From Octopus sinensis (taxonomy: Eukaryota), in NCBI RefSeq assembly GCF_006345805.1, contig NC_043004.1, positions 19,034,001 to 19,098,000 of the forward strand: a stretch of DNA of 64,000 nt, written 5' to 3'. A program made the position numbers and the translations under genes. Below, in pieces: positions 40,467 to 54,218 of this stretch (its first letter is position 1; every line of letters starts with the position of its first letter). The notes beneath the pieces are model-generated. The model was given only the letters and a program-made list of their open reading frames with translations, was not told where the DNA came from and made no database searches.

Positions 40467-41330
40467 GGCGGCGAGCTGGCAGAATCGTTAGCACGCCGGG
40501 CGAAATTCTTAGCGGTATTTCGTCTACCGCTACGTTCTGAGTTCAAATTCTGTCGAGGTCGACTTTGCCTTTCATCCTTTCAGGGTCGATTAAATATGTA
40601 CCAATTGCACACTGGGGTCGATATAATCGACTTAATGCCCCTTTGTCTGTCCTTGCTTGTCCTCACTGTGGGTAGCCCCTTGTGGGTAGTAAAGAAATAG
40701 GTATTTCTTCTGCCGTTACGTTCTGAGTTCAAATTCCGCCGAGGTCGACTTTGCCGGGCGAAATGCTTAGTGGTATTTCGTCTGTCATTGCGATCTGAGT
40801 TCAAATTCCGTCGAAGTCGACTTTACATTTTATCCCTTCGGGATCGATAAGTTAAGTACCAGTTGCGTACTGAGGTCGATCTAATCGACTGGCCCCCTCC
40901 CGCAAAATTTCGTGCCTTGTACCTAGTGTAGAAAAGGATATTTAGTTACGGTAATTGTTTGCTGATTTTAAATACCCGTCGAAGTAAACTTTGCCTTTCA
41001 TCCTCCATATCAATGGAATAAGGAAATTGTGAAGTACAAGATACCATTTATTCGACTAAAGTTTTTGTCATTTTGCCCAGAATTGTTAGCGTGCTGGATA
41101 AAAGTGGTATTTCTTCCAGCTTTAAGCGCTCTGAGTTCAAATTCCACAGCACTCAGAGCAAAATTCTTAATGGCATTTCGTCCATCTTTATGTTCTGAGT
41201 TCAAATTCTGCCGAGATCGATTTTGTCTTTTAACGTCGGGTGAAAATATCATGAGTACCAGCTGAGCGCTTGGGATGGATGTAATCAACTAGTAACTCCG
41301 CACCAAATTTCAGGTCTTGTGCCTACATTA
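40467..41330 (+). mobile_element. Cluster of chimeric tRNA-derived SINE copies (family D)
   Basis: Head GGCGGCGAGCTGGCAGAATCGTTAGCACGCCGGGCGAAA; five TCTGAGTTCAAATTC modules; the same family occurs on - at 48950-49135. Confidence 0.75.
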
Positions 41331-41809
41331 AAATGGTTCATCATCATCATCATCATCGTCGTCGTCGTCGTCGTCATCATCATCATCATCATCGTCATCG
41401 TCGTCGTCGTCGTCGTTGTTGTTGTTGTCAGTATTCTTTGTTGATATTAGTTAATGATTTTATAGAGGATAGGTCGAAACAGGATCTTGGTAAGCATTTT
41501 CCCCAGCGTTGTAATGATTTTACCCGCTTTCCGCTTGCCTATCTTCTGACACATTAACAGTTTAAATAAAGCTCAACCTATGTTTTCCACTGTAGTGATA
41601 AAAATGATACTGGATTGAAATCTATAAGTACCAATTTCTTAATTTGACATATTTTCTCACCTTTGTATGAGAAATCAAATGAAAATTTCGATTTGAAACT
41701 TCATAAAAACCAGCTGTTGTTGATATTGGTTATGTCATTTAAGTACTGCGTTGATTGAGGATATAGGCGTTCCACCCATGATCATCACATTTTTTGGTAA
41801 ATATTACTC

Positions 41810-41960
41810 TCTCTTTTTACTCTTTTACTTGTTTCAGTCATTTTGACTGCGGCCATGCTGGAACACCGCCTTTAGTCGAGCAAATCGCCCCCAGGACTAA
41901 ATTCTTTGGAAGCCTAGTACTTATTCTATCGGTATCTTTTGCCTAACCGTTAAGTTACTA
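41810..41960 (-). mobile_element. SINE (family A)
   Basis: CTTTTACTTGTTTCAGTCATTTTGACTGCGGCCATGCTGGAACACCGCCTTTAGTCGAGCAAATCG. Confidence 0.75.
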
Positions 41961-42720
41961 CTACATTATTTGGCAACTATTTCTAGTAGACCTAACTACT
42001 AAGTAGAGGATCCTTCGTCAATCCTATTATAAACTTACGTCAATATTTTGTCCTTGATGAATCTTTAGTTACCGCTAGAAATAGTACCCAAGTCTCCTTC
42101 AAAACACATTTTGCGACATTATAAAAACGGAAGTCGTAGCTTATTGGATTAATGAAAATCATAAACTTCCCGAATGATTCATAACTTTCATTAATTCAAT
42201 ATTTACACACGACACATACATTTGCAAATACATGAACATATCTTTTCCTCGCTAGTCCATCTATCGTGATGATCATGATATTGCTTATCGCTTTGACGGA
42301 ACTTTTCGCACAGATGTTCTGCTGGCTGGTTTATTTTCCACCCAACTTATTTACTGCACAGATCCCAAAACGCTTTCCTGAAAGAGTCTGTGTGAAGGTT
42401 CTCCAATGACTCTGGATTAACGATCAAGTATAATGAAGAGTATTTTTTGGAGGCTTTGTACCACACCTCGCTGTGCGCTAGTCAAAATTTTATCCACAAA
42501 AAAACTCAGTAAAATCGTCGTCTTCTCAAGCACTACAAACCGACCATCACATTTAGGGTCTGCAAAAGAATTTGATGATTGGATAACACTACGCAATTAA
42601 GGCCTTCAGTTCTGGGACCTTATTCTACTTAAAGAAATGTTAGATTTTGCGCAAACAGTTCAGTTTTAGCACGGCAGTTGTAAACACTCGCAAACACGTA
42701 AATACAATAACATATTTAAC

Positions 42721-42826
42721 TTTGCGAAAGAAGTCATTCTGGTCCCATATTTTTACATTATATTCTTCTGTGTATTGTATTGGTTTATGGGATCTTAACT
42801 TCTTCAGTCCAGGGAATTTAAAACAG
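42721..42826 (-). CDS. Candidate internal exon, product unknown
   Basis: Acceptor atatttcattttag|; open frame CFKFPGLKKLRSHKPIQYTEEYNVKIWDQNDFFRK; weak donor AAA|gttaaa. Confidence 0.22.
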
Positions 42827-44289
42827 CTAAAATGAAATATTTTGTGAAGAAACAGAATGTAATATAACCTCATGTCTCATCTGCAGTTAGTTATCTAGGA
42901 TAAAATGAAGCTGTGTAAAACGAAATGTAAAATAAAATTGAGAATCAAATTGCTTCCCATATTTTCTGAATAAATGGACAAAGTTCAGCACTATGTCGTT
43001 ATATTTCTTTCTAAAGAGATAATATTTTTTTCCACAAGACACGTTTTCGAACGACACGTTTTATAATAAAGGAAATATCTTAACTATTTCCTTTTAAAAA
43101 TAACACAAAATATTTTAAAACCACTGGTCTGAGGGTTGATTTTGATAACACCGTATTTTTTTTTTACAGTGCTTGTTTCCATATTTAGATGTATTAAATA
43201 TAAGTGCATTCAACGGGGTGGGACTAATCATTAATTAATTACTGCTTTAATTATCTCCAGTTGGGGTGAGAAAATTAATGCAGGATATTTACTGCAGTAT
43301 AAAATAGAAATATAGAACGGGAAGCCACTGAAATGTATCTGTTACCACCATGAAAATATATGCCATCACCATGACGATATTGGCTGATTCAACACTGAAG
43401 AACCCTCTTGATTATTCCCATACATCATTCATAAATGCAAATAGCAGATAAAAGTAAAATGCTTCAAATTAACATATTGATAAAATCTTTGGAGTAAACT
43501 CAATAATTAATGTTTTAGTAATCTGTGATAAGCGACTAAGACATACTGTTGCAGTTGGTAGTTAATAATTCAACATATGAACCGGAGCGAGTTACATAAA
43601 CATATGAGTTAAAAGCTTCGCGATGAATAGAGAAAGCAGCTCGATTTTGGCTTCTGATTAAAGCTAAATTCATCTCAGCTCTAAGTATAATACATTGCAA
43701 AGAAATGTAACTTCTTAAACAATTAGTCTTGGTACAAATAAATAATAACCTATATTAGTTTCTGGAAAATTACGTAAAAATGATTTGCTGCATTGTAATA
43801 CTGCCCTTTTGTATTTCCAAATAGTATTCTGCTTTCTTGCTTAAGAATAAAAATAGAAAGGATAAACAGATAAATTCAGTAATAAGGCTTAGAGTATCGA
43901 CAGAAGAAATTAAAAGTTTCGAAGAAAAATGGATCTACATACATACATACATATGATGGGCACAGTAAAGTGCGACACGCAACCAAGATTGGGCTGAGTA
44001 GTGGGTGTGTATTGCGGGACCCTGATTATGTAATTTGCATAATTTATCTTTTACTGGTTTCAGTCATTTGACCGCGGCCATGTAGGGACTCCCGCTTTGA
44101 GTCGCTAAGCATTTTCCCTGCGTGATAACGATACCAGCGCTCCCGTTTGCAAAATATTTCATTACTGCTATATAATCATTTCGATATTTCTCGTGAGTAC
44201 TATAAAGCTTTTGAATGCCATACCTGTTTGCTACTCATGATATCTCTCTTTCTCTGTGTATATATATATATATATATATAATATATATA

Positions 44290-44329
<40 letters not shown>

Positions 44330-44665
44330 GTATATGTATATTAATATATAGTTGTGTATGTATGTGTGTATGTGTGTGTAAATTTACTCCGTACTCACTC
44401 ACTTCTTCCGGTCTCTGAATCAATTAGCTCTAGATTTCTATGTCGGCTATCATATAGCGTATCTTCCTAGATGTTGCATGCCACTCAGAGAAGTTTAACT
44501 TAAAATATTTTGATTCTCAGGCCACATAATAGCTCAAAGTGATATAAATCTAAGGTCGTGTAAGAGCGGATTTAATCAGCTTATATTATTAACATCGGAT
44601 TCGCATTTCGGGCGAAGTACGACTCACGCAACTATGAATAACTACAAATTGTTCCCAGTTTTATT

Positions 44666-44722
<57 letters not shown>

Positions 44723-46496
44723 AGTAATTCCAGCACATATAAAATTTTAGAATCTTGCAACCAGGAATTATAAATTTCGAGGGTTAAGAATTTTATTGAG
44801 TTGAACTATATATATTTTATGACGTTTTGTAATATTTGATAGAGATCTCAGTGAAAATTTATACTATGGTTTAAATGGATATGTTTGTTTCAAAATAGTC
44901 TATGGCGAGAGCAGTGATCAGTGAACTGTCGGCAGCGGGTTTGACCAGCTGAAAACTTCATATCATTTGCCCTCACACATAGCTAACTATGTCAGGTTGT
45001 CCGCAGTAAAATCTCTTATCTTTATTAATCTTTGGTTATTGAACAACTAAATTTAATATCGGAGATACATCAATGGTAAAAATGAAAATTCACCCACGTG
45101 CGACATTTTAAGCGGTAAATATTTCCTCTTTCCTAAAGAATGGAATAGCAGAGTCTAACTGTGTCTCATATGCAGCTACACTGTATTTTACAGTACTCAT
45201 TGAATCGAAGAAAGGTATGATTAACAATATATGTTTATTTGTCTGTTGAAGTAAGCCGGTAAACCAGCTAGTATAACATTTATATCAAGCCACAATTTCA
45301 CCGATTCCTGTAGGAAAATATATCTTAAAGAGTCGTTCCATAGTACACAAAATGTTTCACGTCATTAAAAATATAACAATTCCCTCATTGCAAATTCTGA
45401 CTTTTTCTCTTTTTTCATTAGTTTAAAAAATGTGCATTCAACTTGAATTCCAAACTTATTCAAATTCCTCCTCCAAAATGCAACCCAAGTTCACAGTCTA
45501 ATGAAGGCAAACAATTCGGAAGAATATCCTTCTTGTGGTCGGCTACCACCTGTTATTCCCATCTTTCAGTGTAATCCTATCGGATGGTTATACATCCTAA
45601 CAACTTAGGATAATATAATAATAACGAAAATGACTCGTGGATGGAAATTTATAGACTTTATCATTAATGTTTTTTTTGCTGGTCTGATATTTTTACTTAA
45701 AGACGTTTACCATTTTACACCAATCAGAATACTCCGTTAAAAGTTTTGGGCGTACTTGTGAATCGTCATAGCACACCTAAGGGAAAGACGGGAGTAAAAA
45801 GAAAACGAAAAACGCAGTGGACGTTATTTGTGGGTCTTCACAGAAAGCTCCACGCCACCTAAAAAAAAATAACATTACATTTGACCGAAGAAAGCTCATA
45901 CCTCCTCCTCACCTCTCGTGTTTCGCCTATGATAGAACAGGCATGAGGGAAATAATAAAACAAAGTTCATTTTAACATTATCAGTTCAGAACAATATACG
46001 AAGATGACAGAAAGGATAAAATTCACATTAAGAGAGGTGCAATTAACTATACTGCATAGTTTATGATATTTTTTTCTCGTTTGGATTACACCACATTTTA
46101 GATCAAATTCAAGATAATGGTTATCTAACGTCTGCCCTCATTCATACCCTTTGGTCTCGCTTTAGATCATTTATCATTAGTTTGGCAACCAGAATGCGTT
46201 AACATCAATAGTGTAGTATAAATGTTTTCTATAAATATATTATTTTGTTATCGTTATAAGCAATATTTAGTGTCTGCTGAGTAGCTGTCTACGATTTTCT
46301 TAAAGGGGTGTACTGTCTTTTCAGAGTTATGTACATAATTTATCGATAGGTTTTTTGTTTGGTTATTCATACCAATTTACCTCCATTATTTTCAAGTATC
46401 ACTGTTCTTTTCTTTGAATCTATTGTTTGTATACATATTTGTTGCATATCATATGTACCTACTTAGTCCTTAAAAAAAGAAATTCCTAATTCACTC

Positions 46497-47160
46497 AGTG
46501 AATCTTTTTCTGGTTGTGCCAACAATGTTATATGATGCAGAGACGTGGATGCTGAGAGAGGTGGAAAGGAGGCGACTAGATGTGTTTGAGATGAGGTGTT
46601 TGAGGGCTAAGGTTGATGTGACACGGATGGACAGGATGAGGAATGAGGAGATGAGAAGGCGAGCAGAAGTGAGAGAAAAACTAACAACCAGAATGGATAG
46701 ACGAATGTTGAGGTGTTTTGGCCACATGGAGTGGATGGATGAGGAATGGATGGTAAAGAAGGTGGTTAAGGCAGAAATAGTAGGCAACAGAACCAGATGC
46801 AGACCTCGGTTTGTGTGGATGGATGGAGTAGGGAAAGCTTGGTGGTTAGAAGTGTTGGAGTGAGAGAAGTAAGAGAATTTATAAGTGATAGAAAAGCCTG
46901 GAGAGTGTTTGTGGACGGAGGAGTAAATTTGATAGGGGTACAGAACCAGCATTATGCGGTGGGGATAAGCCTGCATACGCTGTCAGGCTCCACTGCTGAT
47001 ACTGAGGGTTGCGTTCTATGCCTTCACGCGAGCATATAGAACGGAGCTCGCCTCTTTGAGCTGGGAAATGGGTGGAATGCCCGGTTTGTGTCATGTTGTG
47101 GCTACCCCTGCCAAAAACACGGGTGCTAGGCCTGGGTATATGCAGAAAAATATACGCGTA
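46497..47160 (+). mobile_element. 5'-truncated RTE-clade LINE
   Basis: PTMLYDAETW...VFEMRCLR...RMDRMRNEEMRRR...LRCFGHMEWMDE...RTRCRPRFVWMD: RTE C-terminal signature. Confidence 0.88.
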
Positions 47161-47192
47161 TATAAATATAAATATATATATATGTGTATACA

Positions 47193-47223
<31 letters not shown>

Positions 47224-47231
<8 letters not shown>

Positions 47232-47576
47232 AAAGGGCTTAGTAAAATAAATTACTTTGTCGCATACTGAACTCATTAGAAATAGCAGCTAAAAAACTTT
47301 TTTAAAGCTATTTCTAATACTTAAAGAAAATCTCTCTCATATATAGTGTTTGCTTAATTCAACTCACAAAAGTTTGGGGTAAGGACATCGAAAAATCAAA
47401 TGATTTTTCGATGTCCTTACCCCCAAACTTTTGTGAGTTAAATTAAGCAAACACTATATATGAGAGAGATTTTCTTTAAGTATTAGAAATAGCTTTAAAA
47501 AAGTTTTTTAGCTGCTATTTCTAATGAGTTCAGTATGCGGCAAAGTAATTTATTTTACTAAGCCCTTTTATATAAT
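47224..47576. repeat. Near-perfect palindrome, ~175-bp arms, 2-nt spacer
   Basis: The arms differ by two substitutions (GTCGC/GCCGC, TTCAAC/TTTAAC) and one G/C-run indel. Confidence 0.93.
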
Positions 47577-47694
47577 GTAATATTTGAATTCGCCTTGAAT
47601 GGTCCCTTTGCATACTGAACACTTGGTGAAATTGATTAATAATTAATTAATTTTGCCCTCAATGTTGAAAATATATATATATATATATATATAT

Positions 47695-47762
<68 letters not shown>

Positions 47763-47878
47763 ACATATATGTATATATATACATATATATGTCTGTATAC
47801 ATATATGTATATATATACATATATATATATGTATACGTATATATATATATATATATATGTGTATATATGTATGTGTAG

Positions 47879-47913
<35 letters not shown>

Positions 47914-48949
47914 ATCCTTGTCTTTACCTATAGTTTATGACCATAACAATTTTGCCTATGTTTAAATATAGGTAGAATACCGGTAGTATTTTGTATACTT
48001 CTGTCCTTTACACGGTTATTTTAACCCCTAACTCACCAATCTTATATATATATAATATATATATTTTGAAAGGTCGCTGGACCGTGTAACATGTTACCAA
48101 AATGCTTGAGCTTAGTAGAACTATTCCACACCCCACTCCTATGCTTGATGTAGTTAGATAACAACCATCATAATCTGACATAGTGTATATACTGAATTCG
48201 AGCCACTATATAAGGGAAACGAACAAACTAATGGAAACCGTTATTTAAAATCATGTACTCATTTTTACTAAGCCGACTGCTGTTAATACGTAAGCCCGTT
48301 GAGCCCCTTACATATTTCAGCCGAATGCTGTTGTATCCAGATGGTGTAGTTCTGCGCACTAGTATTTATTCAAGAATGCATTTAAAAAAAATATTTTATA
48401 TTGTTTGTTCATAATACGGGGTAATTTATCGACCATATTCCGTTCAGTAATATGTTAAACCGGTTTACATGAAAACGGCGTAGGTCTTCTGAAACACGTG
48501 TAGACCATATGAAGAATAAAAATGCCGGTTTTCCTTTCTGTATTCATTTGTTTATGTATGTATGTGTTTGTGTGTATGTGTGTGCGCGTGCGTGTGCGTG
48601 TTTGTGTCTCTGTGTGTATGTGTAAGTGTGTGTGTGTATATACATACATACATGAAAACTTATGTTTCGAGAGGTAATTTGACAGATAAATGTAATTCCT
48701 TTAATGTAATATTTAGAAGCCTTATAAGCAATGTGTAATGCGAAATCCCGAGCAGCTGTAATGTTGGTGTTTACAATAAATACATATCTTCACTCTACTC
48801 TTTTTCTATTTTACTGAGTATTTTTCCTCTTGCTTGTAAATCCAAATAGTTGTAGCTGTCATGCAAGTATATACTCATGAATTCGTTATGAAAGAAGCTG
48901 TTCATAAAATAACATCAGGTGCAATTTCAATATTCTTTTCTACTCTAGT

Positions 48950-49135
48950 AGGCACAAGGCTCGAAATCTTGGGGGAGGGGACCTGTTGATTAGATCGACC
49001 CCTGTACGAAACTCGTACTTGATTTATCGACTCTGAAAGAATGAAAGCCAAAACCGACTTAGGCGGAATTTGAACTCAGAACGTAAAGATAGACGAAATA
49101 CTGCTAAGCATTTCGCCCGGTGTACTAACGTTTCT
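48950..49135 (-). mobile_element. SINE (family D)
   Basis: GAATTTGAACTCAGAACGT...GACGAAATAC.GCTAAGCATTTCGCCCGG is the reverse complement of the 40.5-kb copy. Confidence 0.7.
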
Positions 49136-52100
49136 GGATGCAGTTTCAATAATACCAAGTAACTGTGTTTAAATACTTTATTTCAATCATTCATATTTCT
49201 TTAGACATAGAAGAGAAGACGAAATCGATTGCTCAGTTTAGCAATGTTTACTTGTATTGCGTTCCTTAAGTATTGAAACAGTCTCATTGCAATATCATGC
49301 AAAATATTTTCTACTTTTCAGTGAGAAAATATTTTATCCTTCAATATTCTTGAAAACGAAAGTCTCCCTGAATGTCGTGTCTTTAAAGTATGATGAAAGA
49401 TGGAATATTTTGGAAGACAACAAGAAAGTATTTTCTCAAAATTTTTTGTAACTTCAGATGAGAAAAATCGTGTTTAAACACTATTTGCCAACAGTGAATG
49501 TTCGCGGAAATTAGCATTTTTAGTTGAAGACAAATTTTAACAATTTCAATCAAAATGAAATAATGTTTTCTGTGTAACATTATTTATTGAGTGACTTTAA
49601 ACAGCACTTATTGTGTTTGCTATTTATTTAAATTATTCGAGTTGTGCTGCTCTCTTCTTTTTATAACTGAAGTATCAAGTTATTTTCACTGTTTAATTCA
49701 TTTATATGCATTATACTATATTGAATACTAAGCCAAAATGTGGCTTGGAAACTGAAATATTTCTAGTTGAAATGATGTAGTTGAAGAATATAATGGCATT
49801 AAAGACGCCTTCTCTTTTGGTAAATTTATATATCTCCGGTTAAAACATTAATTTTACTCGGTGATTCACTCTTATTATGAAAAGGTATTAAAATTAGACA
49901 TTTTCTGTAATATTGTATGAGCATGCCTTCATTATTCTTAAAATTTTAAAATTCGTTTTACGATTGAACTAGCAAGGCATGAAAATATTTCCCGTCTATT
50001 TGTTTAATCCTAGCTAACATTAAAAAAGAAATTCATTTTCGAACACGAGAAGTAAAATCCATGTTAATGAATGCCAGTAAACATTTTAAGGTACACTCAG
50101 GGAAATATTCCTGGCATGTTCAGGTCTTGTTTTCAATTGCTTAGATGAACATATATTTTACTGTTCTTCTTGAGGTTGTAATTAAAGAATTATTAGATAA
50201 ATGTGTGACGTTGTAATAGTTTTAGTTTCGGAATATACATTTGCCTAGAAACTAAATAATTTAAAGACGTCCTCCACATGTAAATCAATAACTGTTTTGG
50301 TAAGAAAAGAAATACATAAAGCATTAAAAATCGAAATGAATGTTTTGCATAAAATTGATTGTAATTAATGAGTAATATTTAAATTTTTCTGGAAATTACG
50401 GAGTCAATTCCCAAGATGTTTCGGTCTAACTGACTTTGAAGACGTATGTTTAGACTGGAAGATTATTGGTCGTAAAGAGAATAGCAACTACATATGAATG
50501 ACATTTTTAACCTCGCTAAATACGTTTTACCTTTCCGTAAAAAATGTAATTCTTTTATTCACTTAACTGGTATATCCTTTCGGGTTAGTAATGCCATTAA
50601 ATTTAACAATTTCGAATGATTAACGGGAGGACATGAGAGGCAAAATTACTTAACATATTGTTATGAGTTTGGCTAAGTGCAGTTCTTGGTGACCCACTTT
50701 TGGGTGTGGCGCCGGCACGTCTGCAAGAAAAGAGACAGCCCTTTGTTTACTGGAAGAGTGATGGTTTGTGGAGGGACCTTTGTGGCCTCGTGCGGTCGAT
50801 TGGAGGTCGTCCTAGACACCCCTTGAATATGTGAGGAAGAAAAGTAGTGAGAGAGAGATAGAGTATAAGGCTAAGGGAGATTGAGGATAGAGATAGGCAG
50901 TAAGGGCAGAGTGCAGATAGAGATGATATTGGCAGTGAGAGAGGATGAGGGGCGATAGAGATAGACAGTTAGGGACCAGGGCAGATGGAGAGGCTATAAG
51001 CAGAAGAGCAGATGGAGATTAGGGTAGTGGGAAGGAGAGAGAGGAAGTGAGGTTTAGGCAGTTGGAGTCGGTCGTCAAAGAGGACAGTCGGATTCTGGAA
51101 GTCAGAGCGATTAGGTGGAATCTTAGGAGCAAGCGGTGGAATCTTAGGAGCAAGCAAGTTGGGATGTAAGAGTTTGGCAAGCTGGAGTTGGCAGTATTGG
51201 GAGAGAGATGGAGTGCAAAATGGGACACTGGCGATTCAGTTAGGAATTAAGGTATTTGATTATGTATTGATACGTGTCACGATGTAAAGAGACAGTGAAA
51301 AGAATTGGTGTATTGAACAGTGAAAAGGACAGTAAAGGACTTGTCGATGTGACGTTATCTGTGATGTGTTTTGCAAAAGAACTGTGAACGTTATCTTGTC
51401 GTAACAATATTACCCCTTGTCGTAACAATATTATCCCTTGACTTCAAATGCATAAACGTTTGCAAATTTCACTTGCAAGAAAGCTACTGAAAGCATAGCT
51501 ATATCAAAAAATAACCAAAAGAATTGCTATATCAAAAAATAGCAAAAAGAAAGAAGAAATAAAATTTCGAATTATGCTTTACATATTAACCCCGAAAATA
51601 TGAAAGGCAAAGTCATTGTGATCTGAACATTGAGCTCAGAAAGTATTGAAATTCTTACGACTGTAGCATTGTGGCGTAATATATGTAGCTCACATAGAGC
51701 ACTACACTACGATGTTTTACTGAGGTTTAGTCTAAATAGCCAAAAGGTGCTTGTCCCTCCAGAAATATGTGTTGCTTATTTCGTCCTTGTAAAAATTTTA
51801 GCAAGACTAGAAACTTGAGAAATTGTCCTTTTTTCAGTCTACGGAGCTATGAATTATCATATACGCACTTTGTCTCCTCCGTCTACAAACCTGTTTATTT
51901 TTTAAAAAATATACCGTGCGTTTCAGGTTATCCCAAAACGTTATGCGCGTCGTTATGAAAATTTGGCTAATCAATTTAGCTAAGTCCCAAACTGTATACC
52001 ATATTGAAAGCTTTATGATACACATTTTTCCATGAACAGAAGACAGGTGAACGTCTTAGAATATAAATGAAATCGAACCCCTTATATCACTCACCGCAGA

Positions 52101-53628
52101 TAGAATTTAAAAACTGTGGTGCAACATTTTATTTATTTTCCAAAGAGAGATTAAAATAGTAAATAAACGCCTTACAATTCAAATCATACAAAAGCACGGT
52201 AGTGCTTCGAGAATTCATTAATCTACTTTTGCTGCGCTTGCAGCGTTGTGCAAGTTACACTGAGCAGTGAAGCTGAATCATAGATTTTATACACTTCAAA
52301 TAAATATAAACTGCTAATACCTCCTGTTACTGAAGTTGGCCAACTGGTCAGATTGATCTCGCTTTTCTATTCACTGAAATATGAAACTTTTAATTAAATT
52401 ATTTAGTCTAATTAACACAGCAAGATTATAACTGTAAGCTTAGTTTTGTTTTTAATTTCAAATAATCTTAAAACGTTATCTGTATAGAGCACTACTATAA
52501 ATTAAATTAATACACATTATTAGCGTATATGCAGCGATGCAGGTTAGACAAGTTTAAGTGAGTATTCTTTCTCTTCTTAAAAAGTGAGTAACCTTAAAAG
52601 ATGAAGTTTCCAGCCTGTTTTTCTCGTTACGGTGAGATATAAACCTATGATATAATCAAATAGTTCAATGTTCAGAGAGCGACTAATAGTCATTCTTTTA
52701 ATACCGTACGTCACACATTTCAGTCATAGGTGTGCGTGTGCATGTGTCAATACTTACGAGCGGAAGAAAGAATGCTCAATATGTTATATAGCTTTTATAT
52801 ATAACATCAAGAACTAATTGAGGATTTGCACAGTTTCTGTGCAGAATACGACACGACGTTATCTTCAGTAAGGTAACCGAAATTATCGTCTTTAACGCAT
52901 ATAACGAACAACCGAGTTGGAGATTGAAGCCTTAAAAGCCTTGTCTCACGGCCTCTTTTTCTTATTTTCTGTCTATCTGCCTGCCTGTCTCTCTGTATGT
53001 CTATCTATGTATGTACGTATATATCTATCGATCTATTTTATCTATCGATCTATTTGTCTGTCTCTCTATCCATCTATCCACTCACAGACACATACATGTA
53101 TACATATACACATATAACCTTTTAAGACTCAGTATATTACTGAAATGCTCGTTTAATGCTTTATTTTAAAAAAAGTTTTAATCTATCACCCTCAGCTTTT
53201 TTTCCATTTCCTTCTCGAGGCCACAGGAGGAGACACTTGCCGAAAGTGCCATGCGTTGGGACTGAAACAAGTTCTATGTGGGTGGAGGGCAAAATTCTTA
53301 ACCTATAGTCACATACACGGGCACAAAACACATTCGTAAAATTCATATCAATAATTGTGTCACTGATGCAAGAAAAAACAGTAATGACTAAGACTTCAGA
53401 ATAGCCTATAATGATATGTCTGTTACAAACTATTATTGAACGTCAGCTACCCAGTTATTTTCATAATTACACGATACCTCTGCGATGAAACTATGCCATG
53501 ACCAGCTCAGAGAAATGTGACGAAAGATATTGACTCCATGATAACCAGTCGATACTATTCAGACATAAGCGAAAATTGAATATAGCAGTTTTTTGTTCTT
53601 AAATGTATATATATATATATATATATAT

Positions 53629-54185
53629 GGTACTTCGTCGCTTACGACGTCGTGGGTTCCAGTTGATCCAATCAATGGAACAGCCTGCTCGTGAAATTAA
53701 TGTGCAAGTACCCTTAACGTAGCCCTCGGAGATATTCAGCGTTACACAGAGTGTGACAAGGCTGGCCCTTTGAATTACAGACACAACAGAAACAGGAAAA
53801 GTGAGAGAAAGTTGTGAAGAATGAGTACAGCGGAGCCTCGAAACCGCGATCCTACAACAACTGCCCTAACCACTGGGCCATTGCACCTCCACCTATATAT
53901 ATAATATATATATATATATATGGTACTTCGTCGCTTACGACGTCGTGGGTCCAGTTGATCCAATCAATGGAACAGCCTGCTCGTGAAATTAATGTGCAAG
54001 TACCCTTAACGTAGCCCTCGGAGATATTCAGCGTTACACAGAGTGTGACAAGGCTGGCCCTTTGAATTACAGACACAACAGAAACAGGAAAAGTGAGAGA
54101 AAGTTGTGAAGAATGAGTACAGCGGAGCCTCGAAACCGCGATCCTACAACAACTGCCCTAACCACTGGGCCATTGCACCTCCACC

Positions 54186-54186
<1 letters not shown>
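53629..54186. repeat. Tandem duplication of a 265-bp SINE-chimera unit between (TA)n tracts
   Basis: 53629-53894 vs 53922-54186 differ by a 1-nt indel; each unit ends in a minus-strand family E tRNA-like head. Confidence 0.9.

Positions 54187-54218
<32 letters not shown>

Noticed and set aside
41333-41557. Poly-His/poly-Arg/poly-Cys ORF
   Set aside because: Compound (CAT)/(CGT)/(TGT) trinucleotide microsatellite.
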